From: Candidatus Cloacimonadales bacterium
GTDB lineage: Bacteria > Cloacimonadota > Cloacimonadia > Cloacimonadales > WRIO01
DNA: 64,000 nucleotides
Assembly: GCA_041654875.1 (NCBI GenBank)
Contig: JBAZCP010000001.1
Span: 16,408-80,407, forward strand
Direction of reading: 5' to 3'
Shown here one piece after another: positions 45,240 through 54,335 of the stretch. Position numbers and translations under genes: made by a program. The notes under the pieces were generated by a model that did not search any database, was not told where the DNA came from, and saw nothing but the letters and a program-made list of their open reading frames with translations. The first letter of the stretch is position 1; each line of letters opens with the position of its first letter.

Positions 45240-47270
45240 ATGAGAAAATTCATTGTTACCAGTGCATTACCCTATGCAAATGGTAAATTACATATCGGAC
45301 ATGTAGCAGGTGCATATATACCTGCTGATATTTTTGTGAGATATCTTAGATTAAAAGGGGAAAATGTTATCTATATCTGCGGTACAGATGAACATGGTGC
45401 ACCTATTTCAATTAGAGCAGAAGCCGATGGGAAAACACCTCAAGAAATAGTCGATTTTTATCATGATTCTATTAAAAAAAGCTTTGCAGGTATTTCAGTT
45501 GAGTTTGATAACTTTTCTGGCACTGCTCGACCCAAGCATCATGAATTATCCCAAAAGTTCTTTCTTGACTTATTAAATAATGGATATATAAATGAGCATA
45601 TAACAAATCAACTTTATTGTGAACATGACAAGAGATTTTTACCTGATAGATATGTCGAAGGTAAATGCTATCATTGCAATGCAGACAGTGCAAGAGGGGA
45701 CCAATGTGATGCGTGTGGAAAGTTAATTGATGCAACAAAGCTGATATCTCCACACTGTAAAATTTGTGGGAATAGCCCTATTGTTAGAGAAACAAAACAT
45801 TGGTTTTTAGATTTACCAAAGTTTGAAATACCATTAAAAAATTGGTTAGATACAAAAGAAAACTGGAAAGATAATGTCTTGAATTTTATTCTCAGTTGGA
45901 TACAAGACGGCTTAATTGAACGTTCTATCACACGCGATATAAATTGGGGTGTAAAAATTCCAATCGAGGGAACTGAAGGCAAAGTATTATATGTTTGGTT
46001 TGATGCTCCAATTGGCTATATATCGTCAACTATAGAGTGGGCTGAAAAGATAGGACAACCTGACAAATGGAAAGAATATTGGCTTGATAAAGACACAAGA
46101 TTAGTGCACTTTATAGGCAAAGATAATATACCGTTTCATGCTATAATTTGGCCAAGTATCCTGATGGGGCAGAATCAAAAATATACATTACCATATGATA
46201 TACCAGCAAATGAATATCTAACATTAGAAGGTGAAAAAATATCAACAAGTCGCAATTGGGCAGTATGGGTAGAAGACTTTCTTAGTTATTTTGATGGTGA
46301 ACTATTGCGTTATGCTTTGTCTGCAAATGCACCAGAGACAAAAGATGCAGACTTTTCTTGGAAAGAATTTCAAACAAGAGTAAACTCAGAATTAGCAAAC
46401 ATTTTGGGTAATCTGGTTAATCGTGTATTAGCTTTCTCAAATAAAAATTTTAATGGAATAATTCCTTTTTGTAGTTCTTTAAATGAATATTCTCAACAAA
46501 CCCTAAATGAAGTCATTAACTTAACTGAAGACATTGATCATGCATATCAAGAGTATAAAGTGAGAAAAGCAAGCAAGCTTTGCATGGATATTGCAAGACT
46601 TGGAAATAAGTATTTTGATGAAATGAAACCATGGTCTACAATTAAAGAAGATAAAGAAAAAACAGCAGAAACATTATATGTTTGTGGTCAAATACTTAAA
46701 GTAATAACAGTAGTATTTAAACCAATTATACCACAAGGAAGCACTAAAATTAGAGAGATGATGTCAATGTCGCCTAATGTTAAATGGGACGATATAAGAG
46801 TTTTAAATCCATCAGAGCTTATGATTACTGACGTAAAAACACTTTACAAAAAAATTGAAGATTCAGAGATTGAACACCAAGTAAGTTTATTAAAAGAACA
46901 AGCAAGGCAAAATGAAAAAGAAGAGATAAAATGTGAACCAATGTTAGACTTTATTGAATTTGAAGATTTTATAAAAGCTGATCTACGCATTGTAAAGGTT
47001 GTAAGTGCTGAAAAAGTAAAAAAGTCGAATAAATTACTAAAACTGAAGGTAAAATGTGGTGATAAAGAATTGCAGGTTCTATCTGGAATTGCAAAACACT
47101 ATGAACCAGATGAGCTTGTGGGCAAGGATATTGTCATGATCATAAACCTAAAACCACGGAAAATGATGGGGGAGATGTCTGAAGGAATGATTCTATCAGC
47201 ACAGATAGGTGAAGATTTGAGTGTGCTTGTGCCTGATAAAACAATACAAAGTGGAGCAAAGCTATCATAA
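45240..47270 (+). CDS. metG: Methionine-tRNA ligase with C-terminal Trbp111/EMAP tRNA-binding domain
   Basis: 676 aa. ALPYANGKLHIGH (HIGH), Zn knuckles CYHCNADSARGDQCDACG, KISTSR (KMSKS), and C-terminal DLRIVKVVSAEKV...SEGMILSA. Confidence 0.95.
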   Translation: MRKFIVTSALPYANGKLHIGHVAGAYIPADIFVRYLRLKGENVIYICGTDEHGAPISIRAEADGKTPQEIVDFYHDSIKKSFAGISVEFDNFSGTARPKHHELSQKFFLDLLNNGYINEHITNQLYCEHDKRFLPDRYVEGKCYHCNADSARGDQCDACGKLIDATKLISPHCKICGNSPIVRETKHWFLDLPKFEIPLKNWLDTKENWKDNVLNFILSWIQDGLIERSITRDINWGVKIPIEGTEGKVLYVWFDAPIGYISSTIEWAEKIGQPDKWKEYWLDKDTRLVHFIGKDNIPFHAIIWPSILMGQNQKYTLPYDIPANEYLTLEGEKISTSRNWAVWVEDFLSYFDGELLRYALSANAPETKDADFSWKEFQTRVNSELANILGNLVNRVLAFSNKNFNGIIPFCSSLNEYSQQTLNEVINLTEDIDHAYQEYKVRKASKLCMDIARLGNKYFDEMKPWSTIKEDKEKTAETLYVCGQILKVITVVFKPIIPQGSTKIREMMSMSPNVKWDDIRVLNPSELMITDVKTLYKKIEDSEIEHQVSLLKEQARQNEKEEIKCEPMLDFIEFEDFIKADLRIVKVVSAEKVKKSNKLLKLKVKCGDKELQVLSGIAKHYEPDELVGKDIVMIINLKPRKMMGEMSEGMILSAQIGEDLSVLVPDKTIQSGAKLS

Positions 47271-47281
47271 TTAGACTTGTT

Positions 47282-48469
47282 ATGCTTTTTAAAAGTTTGG
47301 TAATTACAATAATAATGCTTTCTTTTTTTTTGTCGCTTAATGCTGCAAAATATATTGATCAGCATTTATACTTCGATATTTTTATTGGAGAAGCCCAATA
47401 TCTACAATTAAAGTCTGAAAGCTATTTTTATCTAAATTCACCATCTGATAGTACATATATCACTTTTCCTGAAGTTTTGCAAATTAATTATGATGGAAAT
47501 GAATCTCAACCAAGCGTGTGGGTAAATGGTAATTTCTATAATTTACCTATTACTATTGCCTCAGATAAACCTATTGAATTTAACGGCTATAAATATAATG
47601 GAATGTTCTTGTTAACTGCGACTAAAGAAAACAAGATTAAACTGATAAACAATGTGGAAATGGAAGACTATATTGCAGGTGTTATTCCCTATGAAATAGG
47701 GGTTGAAGCTCCATATGAAGCTCTTAAAGCACAAGCTGTCGCTGCACGAAGCCATACTGTTAAACAACTTTTAAATAGTAAACATAGTAATGATGGATAC
47801 GATCTGTGTAACACAACACACTGCCAAGTTTATAATGGTCTTACAAGGCAAACAGAACGAACATATAGAGCAGCAATAGAAACTACAAATGAGATATTAA
47901 TATTTGAAAATGAAGTAGTCGACGCTGTGTACCATAGTTGCTGTGGTGGATCGACTGAAGATGCTAAAGACTTATGGGGTAGTAGTAGAAATTACCTAAT
48001 ACACACTAAAGATTCTCGAAATAATGAGTCAATTTATTGCTCATTAGGAGGCAAGTACATAAATTGGTATAAAAGTGCTTTTCAATGGTCGAGTAAAGTT
48101 TCAAAGAATGATATTAAAAATAAACTATCAATTGGCAATATCCAAAATATCCAAATTCAGAAGAGAGGCAAATCTGGTCGTATACTTACGATTAAAGTAA
48201 ATGGTAGCCTTGCAAGCAAGACTATTAAGAATGAATTAGAGATTAGAAAACTATTTAATAATGCCAAGAGTAGCAATTTTGTTTTGCAAGACAAAGGTTC
48301 GTACTATTTATTAAATGGTTATGGTACTGGACACGGTGTCGGTATGTGTCAAATTGGTGCTATTGTACAAGCATACTTAGGATTTTCATATGAGGACATA
48401 CTTTTGTTTTATTACAATGGTACAAAAATATCTGATGAATGGCTACTAAATAATTTTAAAATAAAATAG
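47282..48469 (+). CDS. SpoIID/LytB-domain protein (lytic transglycosylase / amidase enhancer family)
   Basis: 395 aa, signal peptide. AQAVAARSH, CNTTHCQVYNG, YHSCCGGSTE and GHGVGMCQIGA. Confidence 0.85.
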   Translation: MLFKSLVITIIMLSFFLSLNAAKYIDQHLYFDIFIGEAQYLQLKSESYFYLNSPSDSTYITFPEVLQINYDGNESQPSVWVNGNFYNLPITIASDKPIEFNGYKYNGMFLLTATKENKIKLINNVEMEDYIAGVIPYEIGVEAPYEALKAQAVAARSHTVKQLLNSKHSNDGYDLCNTTHCQVYNGLTRQTERTYRAAIETTNEILIFENEVVDAVYHSCCGGSTEDAKDLWGSSRNYLIHTKDSRNNESIYCSLGGKYINWYKSAFQWSSKVSKNDIKNKLSIGNIQNIQIQKRGKSGRILTIKVNGSLASKTIKNELEIRKLFNNAKSSNFVLQDKGSYYLLNGYGTGHGVGMCQIGAIVQAYLGFSYEDILLFYYNGTKISDEWLLNNFKIK

Positions 48470-48479
48470 ACGAGGTTTT

Positions 48480-49781
48480 ATGAAATTTATTATAGAAACG
48501 TACGGTTGTCAAATGAATGTTGCAGACAGTGAAATGATATCTACTATTATGGAAAATAGTGGTTATGAACTTACTGATAGTGTAGATGATGCAGATATAA
48601 TAATGTTTAATACATGCTCTGTGCGTCAGAATGCAGAAGATAGAGTGATTGGGAGAATATCCAATGAGGTTGCAAGGAAGTTTAATAATAAACAACTCAT
48701 CGTCGGCGTTGTTGGCTGCATGGCACAAAGACTGGGAAAAGAGTTAAACGAAATTAATTCAAAAATAGATTTCGTAGTTGGTGTCGATAATTATTTCCAA
48801 TTGCCACAAATTATTGAACAAATATATAACAAAAGAGACTTTGTTTATTCAGTTGAGATGAATCATCAAGAAATATATAATGAAGTGTATCCTGTTAGAA
48901 AGAATAACCTGAATGCTTTTGTTACAATAATGCGTGGATGCAATAACTTTTGCACTTATTGTATAGTGCCTTATGTTCGTGGACGAGAGAGAAGTCGCAG
49001 CATAGATGAGGTTTTGAATGAGATACGTTTTGCTGGAGAAAATGGAATACAAGAGGTTACTCTTTTAGGGCAAAATGTAAACTCTTATCTTTGGAAAGAT
49101 ATAAATTTCCCAAAGCTATTACAACAAGCAAACAAAATAGATAATATCAAACGAATACGCTTTGTTACATCACATCCAAAAGACTTATCTGATGAGCTTA
49201 TTGAGACAATGGCAAACTATGATAAGATATGTGAGCATATACACTTACCTGTTCAGTCTGGCAATAATGAAATACTCAAAATGATGAATAGAAATTACAC
49301 TGTAGAACATTATTTAAATCGTATCAATAAATTACGAGAATTAATGCCTGATATTGCAATAACTACTGATGTAATTGCAGGCTTTCCTGGTGAGAGCAAT
49401 GAGCAGTTTATGGACACCTATAAACTTATGGAAGAAGTTCGTTATGACTTTGCTTTTATGTTTAAATATTCACCCAGAACAGGCACCAAAGCTGCAGATT
49501 ATTCCAATCAAATTGATGAAGAAATACGTTTGCAGCGCCTGCAAAAACTAATTGACTTACAAACTGAGATTACTCATGAAAAATACAAAAACCAAATTGG
49601 ACAGATTAAAGAAGTGTATGTCGAGGGACCATCAAAAAAAGATATTAATGAATATTCTGGCAAAAGTAGAGATTTTAAAATAACAATTTTTCCAGGTGAT
49701 GAGTCGTTAGTTGGTAAATTTGTTGACGTAAAAGTCGAAGAAGCTGCTGGTTGGACCCTTAAGGGTCATATAATTAAATAG
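48480..49781 (+). CDS. miaB: tRNA-2-methylthio-N6-dimethylallyladenosine synthase (radical SAM methylthiotransferase)
   Basis: 433 aa. ETYGCQMNVADSE, FNTCSVR, radical-SAM GCNNFCTYCIVPYVRGRERS, and a C-terminal TRAM domain. Confidence 0.85.
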   Translation: MKFIIETYGCQMNVADSEMISTIMENSGYELTDSVDDADIIMFNTCSVRQNAEDRVIGRISNEVARKFNNKQLIVGVVGCMAQRLGKELNEINSKIDFVVGVDNYFQLPQIIEQIYNKRDFVYSVEMNHQEIYNEVYPVRKNNLNAFVTIMRGCNNFCTYCIVPYVRGRERSRSIDEVLNEIRFAGENGIQEVTLLGQNVNSYLWKDINFPKLLQQANKIDNIKRIRFVTSHPKDLSDELIETMANYDKICEHIHLPVQSGNNEILKMMNRNYTVEHYLNRINKLRELMPDIAITTDVIAGFPGESNEQFMDTYKLMEEVRYDFAFMFKYSPRTGTKAADYSNQIDEEIRLQRLQKLIDLQTEITHEKYKNQIGQIKEVYVEGPSKKDINEYSGKSRDFKITIFPGDESLVGKFVDVKVEEAAGWTLKGHIIK

Positions 49782-49885
49782 CTTTGTTTGCTTTAAATAT
49801 GCATTGTATATTATTATTTCTAAATATAATAAACTTTTTGTTGACAATAATTTATTTATTTAGAACATGAAATAGAGGTTTATAA

Positions 49886-50791
49886 ATGTCACAATTTTTT
49901 AAAGACAAGAACAGTATTAAATTCAAAGTTGGTATTTTTACAATAATTGTAATCGCTATATTTATTGTGAGTTATTCCTATCTAAATGATTTGTTGGATA
50001 GGCATAAATACATCACAATTGACGTTTTATTTGATCACATTAATAATCTCGAACTCGGAAGTGCTGTGACTGTCAATGGCTTTAAAAAGGGGAAAGTTCA
50101 TAATATCAGAATTAGCGAAGAAGGAGTTATTACTACACTATTTGTGGATTTAGATTTTCCTTTAAAACAAGGTACATCTTTTATTGCTAAAGAATCTGAT
50201 ATAATGGGAAGTCATCAAGTAGACATAATTACAGGCACAGGAAGCGAGATTTTGGACTTAAAAAAGATACAAAAAGGGGATTCTCGTGAAGGCTTTATCG
50301 ATCTTATTCACAGGTTAAATATTATGATTTCAAATGTTGAAAATATCTTTTCTAAACTTGAAAATGCAGACGACATGTTAAATAACATAAACAAGTTCAT
50401 TGAAAATAGTAATTCAGCATTTGTAAGAGTTGATGATATCTTAAATAGCATAAATGAGAATGAAATCAAAACTATTATAACAAATCTTAGCCAATCAACT
50501 ACTGACTTAAATAAGTTCTTTTCAGACAACAAAGATGACCTGCAGTTAGCTATACAAAACTCAAACATAGCACTTGAAAGCGTAAACTATACACTTTCAA
50601 CTGTCGATTCAGCAATGGTATATCTTAACCAAGTTGCAAAAAATATATCAAACAATAACAATTCTTTAGGTGCCTTGGTGAATGACAAAGAATTATACCA
50701 AAACTTAATTAATTCAACACAAAAAGTTGACTCTCTACTTATTGATATCAAAAAGAACCCGCGTAAATATTTTAGGATTAGTGTATTTTAA
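49886..50791 (+). CDS. MlaD/Mce-domain protein
   Basis: 301 aa. N-terminal TM (VGIFTIIVIAIFIVSY), Mce core LGSAVTVNGFKKGKVHNI, and a long helical tail. Confidence 0.7.
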   Translation: MSQFFKDKNSIKFKVGIFTIIVIAIFIVSYSYLNDLLDRHKYITIDVLFDHINNLELGSAVTVNGFKKGKVHNIRISEEGVITTLFVDLDFPLKQGTSFIAKESDIMGSHQVDIITGTGSEILDLKKIQKGDSREGFIDLIHRLNIMISNVENIFSKLENADDMLNNINKFIENSNSAFVRVDDILNSINENEIKTIITNLSQSTTDLNKFFSDNKDDLQLAIQNSNIALESVNYTLSTVDSAMVYLNQVAKNISNNNNSLGALVNDKELYQNLINSTQKVDSLLIDIKKNPRKYFRISVF

Positions 50792-50812
50792 AAAAAATAA
50801 TATGGAGGATAA

Positions 50813-51505
50813 ATGAAAAAAATCATTTACATTCTTTTTGTAGTTGCCATATTGACAATTACATCTGCCTGTGGCACACCAACTGGAAAAGTGAGCCTAA
50901 AAACCTACCAAGACAGCCTCAGTTATGTCTTGGGCTTGCAAATTGGTAAAAGTCTTGATCAGACTCTTACAAAAGTTGACTATAAAATGTTTGTCAGAGC
51001 TATGAAAGATGCTGGTGATGAAACAAAAATTGCGTTGAGTGAAGAGGAAATTTATTCTATTTTAGATAAATACCAAGAAGAAGCACAAGTGAAGATGATG
51101 CAAAAACATGATCAAGATGCAGAGAAAAACAAAAAAGAACAAGAACAATTCTTTAAAGAAAACTCTCAAAAAGAGGGTGTTATATTACTGGATGGTCTAC
51201 AGTACAAAATTATTGAAGAAGGAAGCGGTAAAACACCCGCAGCAAATGATGAAGTAGAAATTGAATTTGTTGGTAAAACAATAAGCGGAAAGGTTTTTTG
51301 GAATTCAAGCGATAGTATTGAGCCTATAATTGCACCAGTTAGTGATCTTTTGCTTGGTTGGAGCATCGCACTTCAAAATATGAAAGAAGGAGCTCGTTGG
51401 GAGCTATTTTTACCTGATTCTTTGGCTTTTGGTGAATATGGTATTGGTGATGTTGGCCCAAGTCAAGCTGTAATTTTTGAATTATATTTAAAAGCGATTA
51501 AATGA
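50813..51505 (+). CDS. FKBP-type peptidyl-prolyl isomerase lipoprotein (FkpA/Mip-like)
   Basis: 230 aa. Lipobox LTITSAC, helical N-domain, and FKBP core GWSIALQNMKEGARWELFLPDSLAFGEYG...VIFELYL. Confidence 0.85.
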   Translation: MKKIIYILFVVAILTITSACGTPTGKVSLKTYQDSLSYVLGLQIGKSLDQTLTKVDYKMFVRAMKDAGDETKIALSEEEIYSILDKYQEEAQVKMMQKHDQDAEKNKKEQEQFFKENSQKEGVILLDGLQYKIIEEGSGKTPAANDEVEIEFVGKTISGKVFWNSSDSIEPIIAPVSDLLLGWSIALQNMKEGARWELFLPDSLAFGEYGIGDVGPSQAVIFELYLKAIK

Positions 51506-51517
51506 GAATATAAGACT

Positions 51518-51545
51518 GTGCCTTTGTAAAAAGGCACTTTTTTTT
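51518..51545 (+). terminator. Rho-independent terminator after the FKBP gene
   Basis: GTGCCTTT-gtaa-AAAGGCAC followed by T8, 13 nt after the stop. Confidence 0.85.
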
Positions 51546-51555
51546 AGGAGGATTT

Positions 51556-52542
51556 ATGAGCAAACATAATTATTTTTCTCCAATAGGTGAGATACAGATC
51601 GATTTTGACAATGAAGTTATCAACTCAGTACAATTTATTAATGAAAAGAAAGAAACATATGTAAAAGAGCCACATGAAAATAATAAAGCTTTTGTAGAAA
51701 GAATTAATAGATACTTTGATCAATATTTTCTTAGCCAAAACCCAACTGACTCTTTTGAAATAAAAAATACTGGAAATAACTTTTATAAAAAGGTTATGGA
51801 AGAGTTGAGAAAAGTACCTCTTGGAAATACTATTTATTACTCGGAGTTAGCTGAAAGAATAGATCATGCAAAAGCAGCTCGGGCTGTGGGAAAGGCACTT
51901 GGCGATAACAAAATACTTATTATTAATCCGTGTCATAGAGTAATTGCAAAAAATGGAATTGGAGGCTTTAGGGCAGATTTGTGGCGAAAGAAATATTTAC
52001 TTGCTTTAGAACAAGGCAAGCTATCAGATATGGGACTTGATTCTCAGCAAGTAAAACTTAGTTGCAATAATCATAATTGGAATGAGTTGTTTCAGATAGA
52101 AAAAGAAGCTATTTTAAGCATATTAGACATAAGCTCAGACCAAATACAGCATATAGGTAGTACTGCTGTTCCAGGTGTATGTGCAAAACCAATTATTGAT
52201 ATCATGTTGGGGATTAAACCTGAACAGGAAACAGATATTTTATCTATACTAAACCGTATTGGTTGGCAATATAAAGCTAATTTTGATCCTAAAGAGTGGC
52301 ATTTTCTTGCCAAAGGAGTTGGAGATTTTTATACTCATCATCTACATGTTTGTCATTATAAATCAAACTTTTACAACAATCATGTTGGCTTTAGAGAAGT
52401 CATGTTAAAGTATCCTGATGAACTAAAAGAATATGAAAAATTAAAACAGAGAATAAGTTCAAACTTTGCACAAAACCGACAAGAATACACAAAAGCTAAA
52501 GCTGACTTCATAGTCTCAACTATAAAAAAATATGGCTACTAA
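51556..52542 (+). CDS. Fusion: methylated-DNA-protein-cysteine methyltransferase (Ogt/Ada C-domain) + GrpB (UPF0157) domain
   Basis: 328 aa. The N-terminal half has YSELAERI...AARAVGKALGDNKILIINPCHRVI (PCHR active site). The C-terminal half has IQHIGSTAVPGVCAKPIIDIMLG, characteristic of GrpB. Confidence 0.75.
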   Translation: MSKHNYFSPIGEIQIDFDNEVINSVQFINEKKETYVKEPHENNKAFVERINRYFDQYFLSQNPTDSFEIKNTGNNFYKKVMEELRKVPLGNTIYYSELAERIDHAKAARAVGKALGDNKILIINPCHRVIAKNGIGGFRADLWRKKYLLALEQGKLSDMGLDSQQVKLSCNNHNWNELFQIEKEAILSILDISSDQIQHIGSTAVPGVCAKPIIDIMLGIKPEQETDILSILNRIGWQYKANFDPKEWHFLAKGVGDFYTHHLHVCHYKSNFYNNHVGFREVMLKYPDELKEYEKLKQRISSNFAQNRQEYTKAKADFIVSTIKKYGY

Positions 52543-53020
52543 ATACAAATACAGTATTGTATTATTTCTTATCTTGTTTCTCCTAATAGGGTGTAAAGAA
52601 GAAAAAAAGTCGAGTGATACTGATAATAAGTACAAATTTAAAAAAGAGGGTCAGATTGTAATTATTACAAGCATTAATGATTCTTTATCTTTTGATATTG
52701 AAATTGCCGACACCCCATATAAAACAGCACTTGGACTAATGTATAGAAATAAAATGGCTCAGAATGAGTCAATGTTTTTTATTTTTGAATACCAAAGAAT
52801 ACAAAATTTTTGGATGAAAAATACTTATATACCATTAGACATATTGTTTATTGATGATGAGTTCAAGATAGTATCCATATTTGAAAACTGTATGCCCTTT
52901 AGTACAGAAACTATAGCATCCGACATGCCAGCTCTTTATGCACTTGAAATAAATGCAGGCCTTTGCCGTAAATTAGGTGTTGAGATTGGTCAAAGGGTGA
53001 TATATAAAGACTTCAGATAA
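52532..53020 (+). CDS. DUF192 (COG1430) lipoprotein
   Basis: 162 aa. Lipobox LLIGC. KTALGLMYRNKMAQNESMFFIF...FWMKNTYIPLDILFID. Confidence 0.75.
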   Translation: MATKYKYSIVLFLILFLLIGCKEEKKSSDTDNKYKFKKEGQIVIITSINDSLSFDIEIADTPYKTALGLMYRNKMAQNESMFFIFEYQRIQNFWMKNTYIPLDILFIDDEFKIVSIFENCMPFSTETIASDMPALYALEINAGLCRKLGVEIGQRVIYKDFR

Positions 53021-53021
53021 C

Positions 53022-53987
53022 TTAAATATGCTTTTGATCTTTCATTAAATATTGCTGTATATAATCTTTCACAGAGTCTTCAAGACTTGTAAATGCAATG
53101 TCAATACCAGTGTTTTGCAAGCTTTTCATTTTAGCTTCAGTGAAGTACTGATATTTTTCTTTTAAGATATCAGGCATTTCTATATACTCAATATTTGGCT
53201 CGATATTCATTGCCTTGAATACAGCATTGGCAAGATCATTCCAAGACCTACTCTTTCCTGTACCAAGATTAAAAATCCCATTGATATTTTTTTCTTTAAT
53301 CAAAGAATAAATAACTTCAGCACAGTCTTTTACATAAATAAAATCCCTTCTTTGTTCGCCATCTGAATAATTTGATTTATACGACTTGAATAAGTGTATT
53401 CTTTTTTCTTTAAGAATCTGATAATAGGACTTAAAAATAACGCTCTTCATTTCTCCTTTATGATATTCATTTGGACCAAACACATTAAAAAACTTTATAC
53501 CTACTACTTTGTTGAGAAAATTATTATTTAATACCCATTCATCTATCATTTGTTTAGAGTATCCGTACATATTAAGAGGCTTCAATTCTCTGATTTTGCT
53601 AATATCGTCAGAAAAACCTTTGCTTCCATCTCCATATGTAGCGGCACTTGAGGCATATATGAAGCGAATATTTCTGTCTATAGCAAATTTTGCAAGATCG
53701 ATAGAATAGCGATAGTTATTGCTTGCCAAATAGTCTGCATCTTTTTCTGTAGTGGATGAGCAAGCACCCATGTGTATAATACATTCGATACTCTTTTGAG
53801 ATTGTAAATATTCAAATAGTTGTGATTTATCAAGATATAATGCGTATTTCTTACCAACAAGATTCTTCCATTTTTCTGTTGTTTTTAATGAATCTACTAT
53901 TACTATATCTGATATACCTGCTTGGTTTAACCTATCAACTATTACGCTACCGATAAATCCTGCACCGCCCGTTACAATTATCATCAT
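53022..53987 (-). CDS. hldD: ADP-L-glycero-D-manno-heptose 6-epimerase
   Basis: 321 aa. IIVTGGAGFIGSVIVDRLNQAGISDIVIVDSL and YGYSK catalytic motif. The overall N-terminal pattern matches HldD/RfaD. Confidence 0.85.
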   Translation of the reverse strand: MMIIVTGGAGFIGSVIVDRLNQAGISDIVIVDSLKTTEKWKNLVGKKYALYLDKSQLFEYLQSQKSIECIIHMGACSSTTEKDADYLASNNYRYSIDLAKFAIDRNIRFIYASSAATYGDGSKGFSDDISKIRELKPLNMYGYSKQMIDEWVLNNNFLNKVVGIKFFNVFGPNEYHKGEMKSVIFKSYYQILKEKRIHLFKSYKSNYSDGEQRRDFIYVKDCAEVIYSLIKEKNINGIFNLGTGKSRSWNDLANAVFKAMNIEPNIEYIEMPDILKEKYQYFTEAKMKSLQNTGIDIAFTSLEDSVKDYIQQYLMKDQKHI

Positions 53988-54121
53988 GAACCTCCGAATA
54001 TATTTCTAAAATCAATATATTTTGTGCTAAAATTTTGTCAAGTATGATTACTTTTTAATTTAAAAAAGAGCTTTTTTAGTAAAAATTAACAAAAAGTATA
54101 AAGCACTATAATTCCGTATGA

Positions 54122-54192
54122 TACCCTATACACTCCCCTTGCTATCTTGGAGAACCAGGAGGAGTATAGCGGGTGTGTTATAGGTTGGTATT
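54122..54192. other. About 70-nt GC-rich rod-like hairpin (copy C of the intergenic element family); candidate structured RNA or protein-binding element
   Basis: Paired arms ATAC/GTAT, CCTATA/TATAGG, CAC/GTG and CTTGCTAT/ATAGCGGG around a 20-nt loop CTTGGAGAACCAGGAGGAGT. 54141-54155 is identical to 4645-4659. Confidence 0.55.
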
Positions 54193-54287
54193 ATGTTTTT
54201 TTAAACATACCAGAAGTTAAACTAAAAAAGTATTTTTGGTTCAAAGTGAGATAAAGACGAAATGCTATAAATTTTACTTGACTAACA

Positions 54288-54316
54288 AAGCTATGTATAA
54301 AATAATAGATTACATA
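54288..54316 (+). promoter_or_regulatory. Candidate sigma-70-type promoter of the kamD operon
   Basis: TTGACT (54288-54293), 17 nt, then AATAAT (54311-54316), about 20 nt upstream of the AAGGAGGAG RBS and TTG start at 54336. Confidence 0.35.
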
Positions 54317-54335
54317 TTATCTATAAGGAGGAGAC

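Noticed and set aside
47099-47365. 88-aa minus-strand ORF across the metG/spoIID-like junction
   Set aside because: It is antisense to the conserved C-terminal tRNA-binding domain of MetG, and no supporting signal was seen.
48456-48728. 90-aa minus-strand ORF over the miaB 5' end
   Set aside because: It is antisense to the conserved MiaB N-terminus (ETYGCQMN...FNTCSVR).
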